Source: Paraspadella gotoi
Taxonomy: Eukaryota; Animalia; Chaetognatha
Reading direction: 5' to 3'
Length of the DNA stretch: 64,000 bases
NCBI GenBank assembly: GCA_051294375.1
Contig: CM119269.1
Span: 15,449,918 to 15,513,917 of the forward strand
This document shows positions 1-14,305 of this stretch, one piece after another (within the stretch, counting starts at the first letter, position 1; each line of letters begins with the position of its first letter). Position numbers and translations under genes: made by a program. Below the pieces are notes generated by a model. That model was given only the letters and a program-made list of their open reading frames with translations. It was not told the DNA's origin and ran no database searches.

Positions 1-13
1 TTCTTACTGACCA

Positions 14-1675
14 CTACGGGTCGCAAAGTACAAAGACTTCGTCGTCGTCTTCGTCGTTGTATTCGTCGTTATTGTTCAAATCATTTGAGTTCCCAAATAT
101 GTTAAATTAGAATTTATTCATTCCTTCCATCACAGATCGAACAAGGAAATTCCGAGCGACTCACCCTGTGAGGAGGCGTGAGGTGACCTGGAATGGGATT
201 CACTGTATGACATCGTCGGTTGTTGACGACCGTGGGGTTGACTAGATTGAGAGTCGTCACGGTGACTGATGCCGACCGCGCGTTCGTCAATGGACTCGTC
301 GTAAGAACGCCCGCTGAAAGAGGGAGGGAGGGACAGTAAAAATAAATAGGTAAAAGAATGAATAAAAATAAAAGGGATTGCAATAACCAGGAAATATCAC
401 ATATCTTAATTACTAATTATTAATTAGTATATACTTAGTATATACTTAGTATATAATTATTAATTAGTATATACTCACGAATCGTGTAAAACATGTTCCC
501 TTACCTGATATCAGCATAATTTTTTCGGTTGTCGTCAGACTAAAGAGGAGAAAAAGGCTTAGTTTAAATAACGGCGCGTAGAGTAGAGTGGTTTATTTAA
601 ATAAATATTATGAATATCACTAACGGTATTCGTTAGTCCATACCCGTTGGACAGAAGATTGGGTTGGCGCCATAGAAGATTGGGTTGTCGCCATGCAAGT
701 AGGAATCGAACCTGCGTCAAATTTAAACAAAAAATAGTCTTATTCTTAATTTCAAATTTTTACAGTATATATGTTGGCTTGTTCATGTACTCGATCAACT
801 TGTTTTTTTTGCATACGTAAATCATAAGACATACATCCTTCAAATTAAATCCAGTATGGCAAAAGCAGAGTTGCCTGTGACGCCCATTGGGAGAGGGCAT
901 CTCATTGTTGGCTTTAGGGGCTACGGACCATCAATGACGCTTCCTATCACTGGCGCGGGTACCTTAGGACGGTCTCGCTTTGCCAACAGAGAAGGAAGTC
1001 ACATGGACTATGAATGGAACCCAACGCCTGAGATGTTGCGTTCCCCCTCTGAGCCAATGGGATCGGCTGAATGACACTGAAGGTGAGGCGGTGTGAATAT
1101 ACCGCCACACCAGTCATTTTTTCTTTATTGTCGTTTTATTCAATTTTATCCTTTTTTGTAGTATAATTTTTAAAACTTATAAAAATATACAGAAAATCCT
1201 CACCTTGATATTCTCCCGAAATGGAGGGCGTCAACATGTCGTTCTCCTCCTAACATTTCATGAAAACTTTTTTACTTTTCTTACGCAAGATTATCAAAAA
1301 CTTGTATAGTCTACAATTTCCCACCTTGTGTTCATTTTCGCAACGTTCCTCCTTAGCTTCATTCACTGATTGATCATTTTTAATTCGAAAAAATATGGAA
1401 CCGATGTTTTCAAAAACGCCTAATTTTTTTTAAATTAAAAAAGAAGCTTTAGGGCTAGTAATAAGCTATGAAAATCTTCATGTTGTAAATAGCAATTTAC
1501 CTGACATATTATAAAGGAAGGGTCCTGTTAAAATCGGTTGATTCCCCGAAGTTGTAATGATGAATAAATTAATTTATACATTGGTAATTTGAGTCAATAA
1601 ATAGTTGATCTTTTGTTTGGATCATTTTCAGAGTGATTCGCTTTCTTCGTAATTTAGAGGTCATTTCGATCAAAC
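14..1675 (-). CDS. Putative multi-exon gene for an unknown low-complexity, acidic protein (partial model)
   Basis: A chain of small AG/GT-bounded exons (~1675-1580, ~1365-1325, ~1249-1204, ~711-644, ~539-505, ~313-165) splices in frame: ...NEAKEERCENEHKEENDMLTPSISGEYQGSIPTCMATTQSSMAPTQSSVQRSDDNRKNYADISGRSYDESIDER... It contains an in-frame 21-nt repeat. The last acceptor is unclear. Further upstream exons are possible at ~2472-2458 and ~7104-7056. Confidence 0.4.
850..1081 (-). ncRNA. Candidate intronic structured RNA, family unknown
   Basis: GC-richer island in an AT-rich intron. Minus-strand helices include TTCAGTGT/ATACTGGA (closing), CAGAGGGGGAA/TTCCTTCTCTG, TGGCAAAGCGAG/CTCTGCTTTTGCCA, GACCGTC/GATGGTC and GATGCCC/GGGCGTC. 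G-U pairs favour the minus strand. All three minus frames contain stops. Confidence 0.4.
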
Positions 1676-4600
1676 CTGGAAAATCAAAAGATAAATATTT
1701 CAGTGAACAAACTCGACCGTTTGGACGAATAATATCAATTACATAATTCATTAATGTTGGTAAATTTTAATGCAATCATGGAAATTCAGTAAATTTGTTG
1801 AGATATATATACATAACAAATTCTAAACAAAACATGACGAATGAGCAAACGATTTTGGAAAGGAAAAGACGCGGAAAACGAAAAATCATAAAACGATGCG
1901 ACAATTTTGTTAACTCAGGAGACCATCAAATTTTATTTCCAAAAAAGCGTCAGAATAAACGAAGTCAATTGTGAGGAACTTCCGATATTCGACTTGGAAT
2001 CTCATAAGTCAACGGAACCCAACTCTCCCGTACATCATCGTCGAATCCAACTTCGCGTCTCGAATCCTAAAATGACGCATGACGCAGACCAGGTCGCGCG
2101 TCCCGTGACGCAGACAGTGACGAAATATCGCGCGCGGCGTCGTTCTCGTGACTCTCGAGTCAAAAAGAGGGAAAAGTGATGACTCGTCGTTAAGACGGAA
2201 CCGACGGAAAATATTCGTTAGGGGGAGCTGGACGACACGGTTAAGCTGAGAGGGAGCAAATAGAGAGTATGAGAGCGCACTGGGCAGGTCACTTGAGAAA
2301 AAAAATCCGGTCAAGGAAGAGCTAGGACGGAACGTCACTTTAATTTGCCCAAGAATAATTTAAGCGAGAAAAGAAAAAAAAAGTATTACTTAAGTAAGTA
2401 TTAAGTAAATGTGAAATTGTTAAATTACAGTAGACTTCGTCGGTGTCAATGGTTCACCTTTGCAGTTGGTATCTATGACTTATTGCAATTTTTTACAAAA
2501 AGTTATTGATGGTGGTTAAATTTCGCCGAATCTTCTGTCTCTCTCTCTTTCTCCCTCTCCCATTTTGTCCCTTTCTTTCAGTCTCTCTCTCTTTCATTCT
2601 TTCTCTGATTAGGTCTCCCTCTCCCTTTTTCCTTTCCCCTTTGTCATGGCTTTCATCCTCTACGGATTGTCGTAAATTAGAGCCGCCGTCGTTTCATGTT
2701 GGGGAGTTTTCAGGGGAGATAATTCAGGGCTTTTTTAGTAATGCCATAGTAAACATTACTTAAAGTTAATCCGAAAAGAATTACAGAAACCAAAACGTAA
2801 TCGTCAATAGATGTCTTTTCCCGCCATTAAATTATCATCTCGACTTTCTCAAAAAAAAAGGAATAAAAAGAGCGCATTTTCAATTTGGTTAAAATTCGTT
2901 ATGATTTCTCGATGGTTTTATAGTTTGTCGATCGACCGAAAGAAATACGGGACTCCTTTCGGCTCGCGACGTCGGCGGAAGGAAGAGACGAACGTAACTC
3001 GAGTCATCAGCGGAAACGAACTTTGATGACGATAATAAAAAAAAAAAAAAGAAAGAAAGAGAAAGATTTTGCTCGAAATTTGCATGAAAACAAATATGCA
3101 TGATCTCGAGAAAAAAAAATGGGAGGACAGTCATGACAATTTTTTTCCCCCCCGCTTTTTTTTTTTTTTTTTGGCCGCAAAAACCGCAAGAAACTAAAGC
3201 ACGAAGATATATACGCGTCGAAGATTTAACCGGAGGGAAGGAGAGATATTTATTCCTTTTAGATCCTAGATTGGTTATTTTTTTTATTTTCATAAAAGTC
3301 ACGAATGGCCGTGGAAGAAATTCTAGAACGACGCGATATCAAATCCACGACGTAATAACGTCGTATCGAAATGACGTCATCCGATGACGGTGACGTTGGC
3401 AACGTTCGAGGTCGGAACTTGGCGCGTGCTCGACCACGTCTCTCTCTCTCTCTCTCACCACGTGATTTCTTATTTCGAATTAATCGCGCGCCGATGGAGA
3501 GGCGTGGGCGTGAAGCGGTTGCGTCGTTTCTGATTGGCAGTTTTCGAGGGACCCGATTGCGGTTCAAGAATTTTTCATTTTCTTTCTTTTTTTTTCACGT
3601 TAACATTTAATTGATTTTTGTGGCTTTTTTTTTTTTTTACTAAAAGTTACTAAAGTTCATGTATTTTTTTCGATCTTTAATTCAAATTAAAAATGAGAAA
3701 AAAGAACTCGAGGTCGTCGCTTTTAAAAAAGTTCAACGACCATCGATGGCATCCGGCAATACAGGATCCTTAATTCTCGACCCGACCCCCCCCCCAAAAA
3801 AAAAGAGCAATCAAGAGCGGGGAATCGTTTTGTTCAATTCGTACTAGAGGTCGCAGAGTGGGACGATAATTTTCTCTAAAATAGACACAAAGTTGTATTT
3901 AATTGATAAAAAAATTAAAAGGTTTGTTAACTTTTAATTATTATTAATTTTCTACGGACGCAGATGTCAGGAGCTAATTATAAATTTATTTTCCTAACAT
4001 ACTTTTGATTACTTTTATCTTCAAAGCTCCGTCGATCCGGCCGCATCGATCCCACTATCCCCGAGAGAGCGAGAGACAAATAATTTTATTTTCGAAAGAA
4101 AAAAATTGCTGACATCAGCATAAAAAAATAAGCCATATACTTTCCATAATGAATTTAGAAAATCCATATAAAAGGAAATACAAGTTTTTTTAATTTTTTT
4201 TAAACAATTACCAAAAAAAAGAAAGAAAAAAATTACAAAATCAAGAGCTTGGTCCTAAGCTTAAAAAGAAAGTTGAAAGAAGAAATATGGGAAAAAAAAC
4301 AAAGTCAGACTCTCATCTTCCGACACGCTCCCCTCCCCCTCTTATCTCTCTCTCGGCCGCAACAAGCATTTTTTCCTCTCATCCCCGAATTGTTAATCAC
4401 CAGTTTTAATTCGCCGACCCGTCGATGTATCGAAGGTAAAAAAATCCATGTTTCTCGCTTCCGACCGACGCGAAAAAAAAGAAACAAAAAGACATCGACA
4501 GGAATTCGTGGGCGTGGCCCGGGAGATTTGAGGGGTCGACGCGAGGGATCGAAAGGTTCGTCGACCGCCGATGAAGAGTCAAAAGCGTCGCCGACGACTC

Positions 4601-7600
4601 GTTCGTTACGAACTCGACAAAAAAAAAAAGAAAAAAAAAGAGAGATGGACCGACCGGTCCGAGGAACGATTAAATCCGATCTCAAATGCTCTTTGCCCCC
4701 CCCTCTATACCACCGATATATATCCTCCTTACAGCAGAGAGAGATCTCCTCATTCAGCGACGCGGAAGAAAAATGGTTGTCGAACTTTGCGATCCGTTGC
4801 CCAGTGACGCGCGCGTTTGGTTGACGTCAAAGCACGGTTCGCTCCCGCCCCCCGCATCCACCGAATCGATCCCACATTTTTTTTCGTAAAGCGGACGAAA
4901 ATTTCAGAGGCGGACCGCGAAAGGAGTAGGGTCTCGAAAAACTATGGTCGTGTCGTTACATATTAAAGGGGAGAAAAAAAATATGCCCATTTTTGTTTTA
5001 GTTAAATTTAAATCCAAGATTATTAAATATATTTTTCTCTATTTCAATAAGTAATGAAGACGTTAAACTTAAATTTAATTTAAGTGAGAATATCTGTATA
5101 AGTCAACCTTAGAATGTCCTCAAAATATAAAAAATACATTTATAATGATAAAACAATTTCGTTCTTCGAATAGAAAACAGCTAAGATATGTCACTTCAGA
5201 GGTCCAACCGATTTCTCCGAAGTCCCGAAATGGTGTTTTCAAATCGCATTCGATAATCTTACGAATATCAATATTTGTTCTTAGGTATATGATTAAAATC
5301 TATAAATCAGTCGTCGATGAAAAAAAAAAAAGAAAAAAAAAGAAACGACAATAAATTAATGTTAGTTGTTAAAGATTTATTTTTCATTTTCATTTTGCGG
5401 TCGAATGATGTCGATGATCGAAGATCGCAAACGAGCGTCATCTTTTCCAATTAAAAACATGAGCAATTTAAACATCGTGATCGTGGTGAGCATGATCGTT
5501 TGGGGGAAATGAAGGGGATCGATCCCGCGCCGGAAGTAAGTCGGGAGATTTGCGAGCGAAGAACCGAAGCCGACGAAATTTTATAAAAAAAGTCGGGAAG
5601 GGAAAAATGCTCTCTGCTTCGAAATGTACAGTAAGATTCGTTCGAAACGAGAAAAAAAAATATTCGAGCGAAACTCAAGTTTGCAACGAATGTACGATAT
5701 TGTCGATATCAATACTTAAGTTTAAGATCAATATAAAGAGAGGCCATCCGCCCCCTTAAAAAATATATAGAATTAAAAGTAAAAAAAAAGAAAAAAAAGG
5801 TTCGAATATATGCAAATATTGTTAAAGGCGGTTCAAACGAAAAGGGGAAAAAAATGTTTATAGGTCGTAAAGCATCCTCGCTCCCAGTGCAAAGCAAGAG
5901 CAGCGAGACATTACGATGGGGCAACGTCCTTTTCAGAGGGAAGAAGAAAAAGTTCCGATCCCGGTCATTGCCATCGCGCAATACTAGAGTCGCGTGGAAA
6001 ATCTCCCGCCTCTATCTTGATGTCCTCCTTCCCCCTTTCACCAAATGCCCCATCTCCGCCCCCCCCCCGAAATCGAATTCCTCCGTCGCAATTTTTAAGC
6101 GTCAGCCACCGAATGGCACCTCGACATTCAGGAATAAAAAAAAAACAACTCGAAGGGGAGAAAAAGAAAGGTGAGGGTGAGTGTCGATGGGTCGGAGATT
6201 AAAACCAGACGGGGGGATAAAAAAAGGTACCCGCGGACAGTAAAACGAAGGACACCCATCATAACTAGTATGAATCGAGAGATTAATTCCTTAAACTGCG
6301 TCGACGGTCCTTCGTAACGCGGTCGCGCGCGGTCCCGTGGCCACCGATGCCCGACGAGGCGTCCGACCGAGCGACGCAATTAAATCCAAAGACGTTAAAA
6401 ACGGAATCGAAAATGCGTGGGTGGCTCTCGATTCAAAGGCGGGAGAAAACTGGGAAGGGCACACCCAACGAGTAGTGGGAGGAGAGGCATGCTGACTCGA
6501 TCTTTCTCTCTCTCTCTAACATCTTACCTGATTCTCGTTATTGATCAATAACCCCGCGGAGGGGTATCGAGCCTGGAACCCGCCGAGACTCCGTAGTAGG
6601 CTTGGTATCACGTGGGCGATTATTCCTTCGAAATTCCGTCGAAAATATTTTCAGAAAAACGAAATGAAATCGAAAAGGAGGAATTCACATGACCGTATCT
6701 TCGAAAAACTCGTGTATGTGTGAGTGCTTGTGTGTGTAAACAATATATCGTAAGAAGGACGATGGTGGGAAGTAGCTCTCTTCCTGAATGAATTATGCAG
6801 ATGAGGTTGAGGATTCGACTCATCTTGTTGATAGCAACGTCTTTCGTCCAACGGGAAGAGCCAATGAGGCGGCTTTGAGCGAGAGGAGCGATCGCTATTG
6901 GCCAATCGACGGGCGTTAGCGACAGACTATGAACTTTAAACACGCCAATGCGAAGATAGTGTGGCTCGATTCGCATAAAATTTGTCCTATATGAGAAAAA
7001 ATCGAGGGATAGTTTTTCTCCCTTGCTGGTCTCCACGGACAAAAGGGAAACTTACCTTGGCTTAATTCATAACTAACAGCGCCGCCATACAGCTCAAAGG
7101 TCATTTTTCTATTGATATATTTGACAGATATATGCAAATATAGGATTGGAACGTTTTCAAGGTGAGACAGAAAATAACAAATTTAAAGAGATGAAAAATT
7201 TTAAACTTTTTTAAAATCATAAAGTTGAAGATGTCGTACAAATGGAATTCGTTTTCTATTTCGTGGTCAGCGGCCAGTGGTAACTGCCAAATCAAGGTTT
7301 CTTCTCTTCTCTTTTCCCGCGGCCCCCTTAAAATCAAAACAATCACTACAAACACATCGCACAAAAATTACACCAACGTGAAAGTAAAGGGAACTTACAT
7401 TATCTATTGCAGTACATATATTATTTTTTCTTGTTAAGTTTAAAATAATTTTTCAACTAAAACACAATCAAGAGTATCCTTATTTATTATATTATGATTT
7501 ATATTAAATTTAATCCAATTTAGTGTAATATAGTAAAACAAGTAATCTTGCTATTTTTAATATATATAAATTCCTGCATACTTAATGAAAATTTCATAAA

Positions 7601-7876
7601 AAAATAACAGAGGGGACAAAAGAGTATAAAAAATTGCAAAAAAAAAAAAAAAATCAAATTATACTATAATAAAAACGATGACACGACAGATACTCTTTAG
7701 TTATCCACAGATATGTACTTAACAATACAACACCAACTAAAAGTAAAATCAAATCCATAGTTCATTTATCCCCACGCCGTTTCTGTTCAATTGACCGTCG
7801 TTGCTTTTTTATCAATACATAATTGTGTTGTCTTGAGGAAAATACTAGTAGTACAGCATTGTATGTACTCCGATCA

Positions 7877-9613
7877 TTACGCACTCGGATCTACGGATCC
7901 GTAAGAGGCTAAGGACGCTTTCTCGCTGATAGCAGAGTCTTCAACATACGCATTTTCTAGACTTTCCTTCCGGTATTCGGCGACGAGCTGCGCTAATTGT
8001 CGAGGTTTGGTAAGATTGAGTCCGTGCGGCGCCCCGGGGAGGATATCCACGCGTGCTGAGGACAGCAAAGAAGACGCGTGATTTGCGCCTGAAATGGTGT
8101 GTATACACTATTCTATAGATCAATATGTTCTAGTTAAATTTACAGAATATTAAGTTAAAAAAGATCATTGTGACAAACAGCTCGTTTCCTTTATCGAAAA
8201 TGAGTTTAAATTTAAAAAGAGCAAAAAATTTCGAGGGAAATAATCATTGAACCCAAGGGTGTCAGAAGATAATTTTATTAAATTCACCTGAAACATCAAT
8301 AATCAAATCTTCATCGCCCCAAATTATTTGGATTTTAAAGTCGAGCTCAGAAAGCTTTTTTATAATATCATCACTTCGAGAAGAATCTATGAGAAAAGCG
8401 CCGAAAACGCGACGAAGCCATTCCGTCTTATCCCGTCGAAGATGTAACAGACCTGAAAGATAAGAAATACATTTTTTCTGATTTTTTTAAAAGTTATCTT
8501 ACAAATCGGCAAACCTTTCATAAGGGGTCGTTTTTTTTTTAAACTCGTTTCGCTCTCGCCGGTGACTCTAGAAACCATAGTAGTTACCCCATCGACCGTT
8601 TCGGGAATGAGCCACTCCTCTCCTTGGCCGGCGCGAAACGCTTCCCAAAATGGACTGTACTTTGGGGTTTCCATGCCAGGACAGACCAGCGTAAGCAGTC
8701 TGACACGGTCCTCCGTGCCGTAACGAGCGGAGTAATCGGCGGCAACGGAGCCACCCAAAGAGTGACCGATGACGTGCAAGCCGGAAGGCAGGGCGTCGAG
8801 CCCGGCGGCGACCACAAAGGCGTGCACGTGGTCAGCGAAACCCGAGAGGGACGGGTCTTCGCCAGTCATCGGGCAGAGACCGTGGCCGGGAAAGTCGAGC
8901 GCCAAGGCGTGAACCGAGGAGGGAAGGAAACGAACGAAATCCGCCCACGTGTCGAGGGATTCCGCGAAACCGTGGAGGATGAGCAAGGTAGGGCTGATAA
9001 AGTTATGAGGGGAAAACTAAGAAAACTGAGCTGAGGTAATTAAAGGTCACGACTTACAATAATTTTCTTTTAAATTAAAAGGTATTTTGTTTAAAAAATA
9101 CATGGTTGTCTTTTGTTTACAAATATACGTACTAACTACGGGCATCGCGAATTTCTTTTTAAAAAAATTATTAACAAACAAACATGAGGCGGATTAAATA
9201 CTTATACTATAAATTATACTTTGCAAAATATTTCAGATTTTTTTTGCCAATTTGCGCTCTAATCTTTAATAAAAATTTTTACTATACGTACTATTTTTTA
9301 GTATATTAAATCTCTTAGTCTCTAGTCTTACTTGGCATTATCATTTGAAACATTTCCTTTTTCGGCGTAGGAAAACTTGGAGATGGTTTTTCGTTTAAAT
9401 TTGGCAATACGGAGCTGAGCACTAAAATCATTAAGAAATAAAAACAAACATTTTCATTTACGTATTACAGGGAGTAGAAAAAAAAACTTACCCTATTAAG
9501 AATGTAATAAATTTGTCAGGTGCGACAAAATATAAAATCAAAAAAGATAACAACGCTAATGTGAGGAAAAGTACAACGATTCCGACGCAAACGCCGATCA
9601 CTATGAGGCTCAT
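7877..9613 (-). CDS. ABHD6: Alpha/beta hydrolase, ABHD6-like monoacylglycerol lipase (5 exons)
   Basis: N-terminal TM helix (MSLIVIGVCVGIVVLFLTLALL), LILHGF oxyanion motif, ALDFPGHG, nucleophile GHSLG, IWGDED acid and APHG His. Exons join in frame across GT-AG introns. Confidence 0.75.
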
Positions 9614-10744
9614 CTTGGATTTGAGGTCGAAACTGTCAAAATAGGAATTTCTCTTGGTACGAGTCGAAAAACGGGTTTCTTGCGACTCGTGTCGCGTCAG
9701 ACTCGATACGAGGGTTGAATTAAAAAGCAATAAAGTCGGATAGAATGAGGGTAGCTTAAAACAGTTCTAATTCAAAACAAAATAACAAAATATTGTATAC
9801 CATGTTAGTTTTGGAAGTAATAACAAAAACTTATGTAACCAATATACTAAGAAATAAGAATTAAGAAAAGAACATCGCTCGAGGAAAGCAAAAGCCTGAA
9901 AACACGATCAAGATTCTTGACAAGAATTGGCGCCCCGATATTCAAACTAGTCTATATGAACGTGTCAAATTTTATAAATTCAAAATGTGATAGTAGGTAG
10001 ACTTCAGTGATTAAGTGGAAAATTGAAATAACCTCAAGAGTGTAACTTTGAAATAACAAACAAGATATGTTAAGCAATAAAGGGCAGTGAAAAAAGAAAA
10101 ACAAATTCGAAGGACGGTGCGATGTCATGACAGTGGCTTGAGACTAAGTCGACGAAGAAACCGACAAAATGTTAAATAAATTTCAAATTGTAATTTACAT
10201 AAATTAAAACCAGTTTTCGAAAAATTAAACGAAGAAACAAATGAATTTAAAAAAAAACGACTATGTTGAAGATTTTACGAAATAAATGTTTCGACTATTA
10301 CACTACTAATGTACTACTAATGTACTTCACTGAATTAGCTTTACGACCGTTAATTCTATTACTTTTCATATTTATTTACTATTGTGGCCAGAACTCTATA
10401 TAAAATATTTCTTATAAATGTATTACCCAATCGTGTAAATTCAGCAGTCTTTCCCCTCCATTTTATTTAGTAAATAGTACAATTTACCGTTATTAATTCC
10501 ACACAGAATTGTCATATCTTTGGGTAAACCAAAATAATCATTCTTGAAAAAAATTGGTCCAACTATTACGGCGGAAACAAAAGATGACGCCTAAGCTGAT
10601 AAGCCTATTCTACTTATCTCCTACAACTGACGAGTGACTGCCAATAACGAGCATAAATAAATAAACAAAACCAGATTATTACAAACAATTCTAGTTAAAA
10701 ATAAAAATCGCAACAACAAGACGTACTAATTATAAGAGAATCAA

Positions 10745-12744
10745 CTATTTCTTGACGATTTGTACGACGTCTTCGTCCTCGCAAGCGTGTGCGAGACCCA
10801 CCCGCTGGGGGGAATATTTAGCAGACGTTCCCCAAACGAGGGCGTACTTGAATTGATCCACGAGCGTCCGATGAATCGAGTGACACACGTGCTCGATTGT
10901 CGATCCGTTTCTCATGATTAGGCCGTCCTTATAAAGGAAACGGGAAAAGTCATCATCCTTATAACGCGAAAATCACAAAGGCAAAAAAAAAAAAAAAAAA
11001 AAAATCCTCAAATGGGAACGTCTCACTTCAAAATCTGGGCGACATCCTCGTTTCTTGGTGTAGACCCGGACCAAAGCGAGAGAATCCCATATTCTTTCCA
11101 ACAAATAATCCAGATTTAATTTCATGTTCATCGACACGACGACGCTGCTCGGTTGGTGCGCTATTCTATCCACCTAAAATTTTTAAATTACATGTACTAA
11201 CATCTCATTTAAATATCATAATCGAAAATACCTCTTCGATTGAAATTTGGTCGATTTTGTTATAAACATAGAGACAAGGCACGTAGACGCAGTTTCCCAC
11301 AACAACGTCGATAAAGTCTTGAGCGGAGGCGTCCTCTCGAAACAGGACCTCTGCGTTGAAAATTTTGTATTCGTGGAGAATCAACTGGATCATTCTTTCG
11401 TTCACCTAAAGGATAATTTGTATGGTGCATTTATTATCGCGATGTTTACCGCTGACTGTTACCTTTTTTTTTCAAATAAAATATGCATAATTTATAAGAA
11501 TTAAGCAGAGGCAGCAGATAGAATTGAGATGTTAATAGAAACAGAATTATACAAACATTTTTGACCTTTCATTAAAATAAATCCAAAAAGGAATTATATG
11601 TAATTGGTTTACCTTTCATGTCATTAAAAGCAGTTTTTTGACATTTGACTTCTATCTTACCACAAGAAACAAACCTTATCACAAATTATAATTAAAATAA
11701 TTAATTGATATCTCCTTTGTCATCACAGTGTCATCATCTCCGTCTTTGCTTAATAAACGATAATTTGTCTTCACTTATTAATTGCTCTCGTTAATTGATT
11801 AAACGCCAACGATAGAAACTCATCTAACATAACATAAGTAAACAAATACCAGGAAATACCTGCGTCAACTGACACATGGAGGTAAAACCGACGCCTCCGG
11901 TTTTTTTCTGCTTGAAGTAGATATTGGGTTTCTTTTTATTAAGTCTGATTCCGACGCTTTCGAGTTCGTTTTCAATGATGGTCCGGTGAATGTGGGGCTT
12001 CGTCGCGTCCAGCATGATTATCACCAAGTCCGCTGTCCGAGCCACGGCGATGACTTGTCGACCTCGACCTTTTCCCTAATCAATTTTAATAGGACCCGTG
12101 AATATTACATATTTACAATCTAACAAAGATTTACAGTTTATAAGCTACTTCAGAATAATTTTACATGGATTTCAAATGTGAGTGTGTTACGGTTAAATGA
12201 AAAGATTTGTTATTGTCTTTTCATTTCACTCCGTTTTGAAATCCGTGGAGGTTTACATTTTTAAGCTTTTACCTGAGCAGCACCTTCGATGATTCCTGGC
12301 AAATCAAGAAGTTGAATGTTGGCGCCTTTGTACTCGATAACACCCGGGATGCATGTGAGGGTGGTGAATTCGTACGAAGCTTGTTCGCTCTCCGTCTTGG
12401 TAATTGTGCTAAGCATCGTGGACTTGCCGACCGATGGAAATCCGATCAAAGCAACCCTGATGCCGTGAAAGAGGGAAGAGGGAATTAAAAAAAATATGAC
12501 TCAGCAAAGGTCGGGAGTAGCTTTCTTCTCCGATCTTTAATTTCCGATCTCACCTGGCGTCTCCAGACTTCATGACGTCGAACCCTTCGCCCTTCTCGCC
12601 TTTCTTTCCAGAGGGTTCCATCATTTGCGCTCTGTATTTGGCCAGTTTGGCCTTCAACACTCCCAAGTGATACTCGGTGGCTTTGTTTTTTTGAGTCCGG
12701 GCGATCTCCGCCTGGATCTCGCTTATTTTCTCGAGTATTCCCAT
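10745..12744 (-). CDS. DRG2: Developmentally regulated GTP-binding protein 2 (multi-exon)
   Basis: [73 protein letters not shown] and a TGS C-terminus ending DVVQIVKK*. Confidence 0.95.
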
Positions 12745-13066
12745 TGTGGAGGCGGAAAAGTTACAGGGAGGGACGGAAGGAGTTCGGAGGCGGAGGCGGG
12801 GGAGACGCCGTTTCGCACTCCTACAAAGTACCGTCCGATAGGGAATGTAGTTTTAACTGTTCTGTAAAAAAGACCCGTGTATAATTAAAAACTGTGTGAG
12901 CAGTAAACAGTAGTAAAATTAAACAAATCATCGATTAGCACGAGGGGTAACGAAATTAACCACAGTATGACTTTAAACCCAGATTGCGACATAGAAAAGC
13001 ACATGCAACGCTCTACAAAAGGCTTAAGAGTTAATTCGAAACAAATCGCCAAAAAAGTCACTGCAA

Positions 13067-14174
13067 TCAGGTCATGGCGAAATCGTGAGCGGCGGCATAT
13101 CTGCCGGTCACGTGATGGAATATTTGTCGTTCAACGTCCGTCAAAAGCCCAGAGGCGCCGATTCTGAACAAGTTGGGCTTTGTCCACTCCGTCCCCAACT
13201 CTTCCTTCATTAAGAAAAGCCAAACCAGGGCGTCCTTAGCGGAGCGGATGCCGCCGGCGGGTTTGAATCCGATCTTTACACCCGTTCGCTCGCGAAACTC
13301 GCGAATGGCGCGACACATGACTACTCCAACTGGAAACACGGCGTTGACTCCCTCTTTTCCCGTGGAAGTTTTGATGAAGTCCGCGCCGGCCATCATGCAA
13401 ACGATCGATGCTCTGATCGAAAACCCCGTTTTATATATAGAGCGGTTCATTGCTTCTGACGTTAAAATACAAGGCAAAATTTCGCCAACCTGTAAACGTT
13501 GGTCAAGCTACCCAGTTCACCGGTAGCCAAGATGGTTTTCATGTGTGCTTCCCCACAAACTTCTCTCATTTGTTTGACCTCCTCGTAAACCGTCTCCCAG
13601 TCGCCCTTGAGAGCCGCCTCGCGGTTAATGACGATATCTATCTCCGTGGCGCCAGATTTGACGGCGTCGCGAATCTCGTTGAGGCGCGTGGAGAGGGAAT
13701 ACTGGCCGGAGGGAAATCCGGTGGCGACAGCGGCGACGGGAATGTGCGCGGCGCCGATTCGCGCAAGGACGCGCACGGCGTCAGGGACTCGAGCGGGATA
13801 CACGCAAACGGCACCGGTCGTTAATCCGATTTCGTCCATCTCCAAGTCCTCAAGCAAATCCACGCGGACGGGAGATTTGGCTGCACGGATCGAAGGATCC
13901 ACTTAAAACATCTTTCTTACGACAATTAATCCTATCAACGACCTTTAAAGCAGAGCCGTTCCACGTTCGTCCCAGTATCGTCTCCGGAGAGAGTCGTCAA
14001 ATCGATGCAAGAAACCGCGCGCAGCAACCAGGCAGCTTGCCACTGCTTCTTGACCGTACGCCTTTTGCCCAACGTTTCGGCGCGACGCTTCACCGCAGGA
14101 AGGTTGACTGAGACGCTGTTGACCCAGGCAAGGTCCAGCGCGAATCCCGGGTTTCGATCCATGTGCGAGGACAT
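13067..14174 (-). CDS. DERA: Deoxyribose-phosphate aldolase (3 exons)
   Basis: CIDLTTLSGDDT, AVCVYP, ATGFPSGQ, GATEIDIVINR, KTILATGEL, ADFIKTSTGK and GFKPAGGI. The ATG at 14174 (MSSHMDRNPG) is preceded by ACAG-AA. Confidence 0.95.
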
Positions 14175-14305
14175 TTCTGTTCTTGCAACAACGAGGTCAA
14201 CAAACGTAAAGTATAAACCGTACGAGAGTAAGGAGATAAAACACAAAGTTTAAAAACGGTCGAATAAAAACTTAGTCTTAACAAAAAAAAAAAAGAAAAA
14301 AGGAA

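Noticed and set aside
701-712. Pol III B box (GGTTCGATTCC, minus strand) suggesting a tRNA
   Set aside because: It coincides with a splice acceptor and exon start, and no cloverleaf or A box is present.
13173-14253. Plus-strand ORFs overlapping cluster genes (also 8624-9034, 22095-22709 and 26134-26577)
   Set aside because: These are antisense shadows of well-conserved minus-strand exons.
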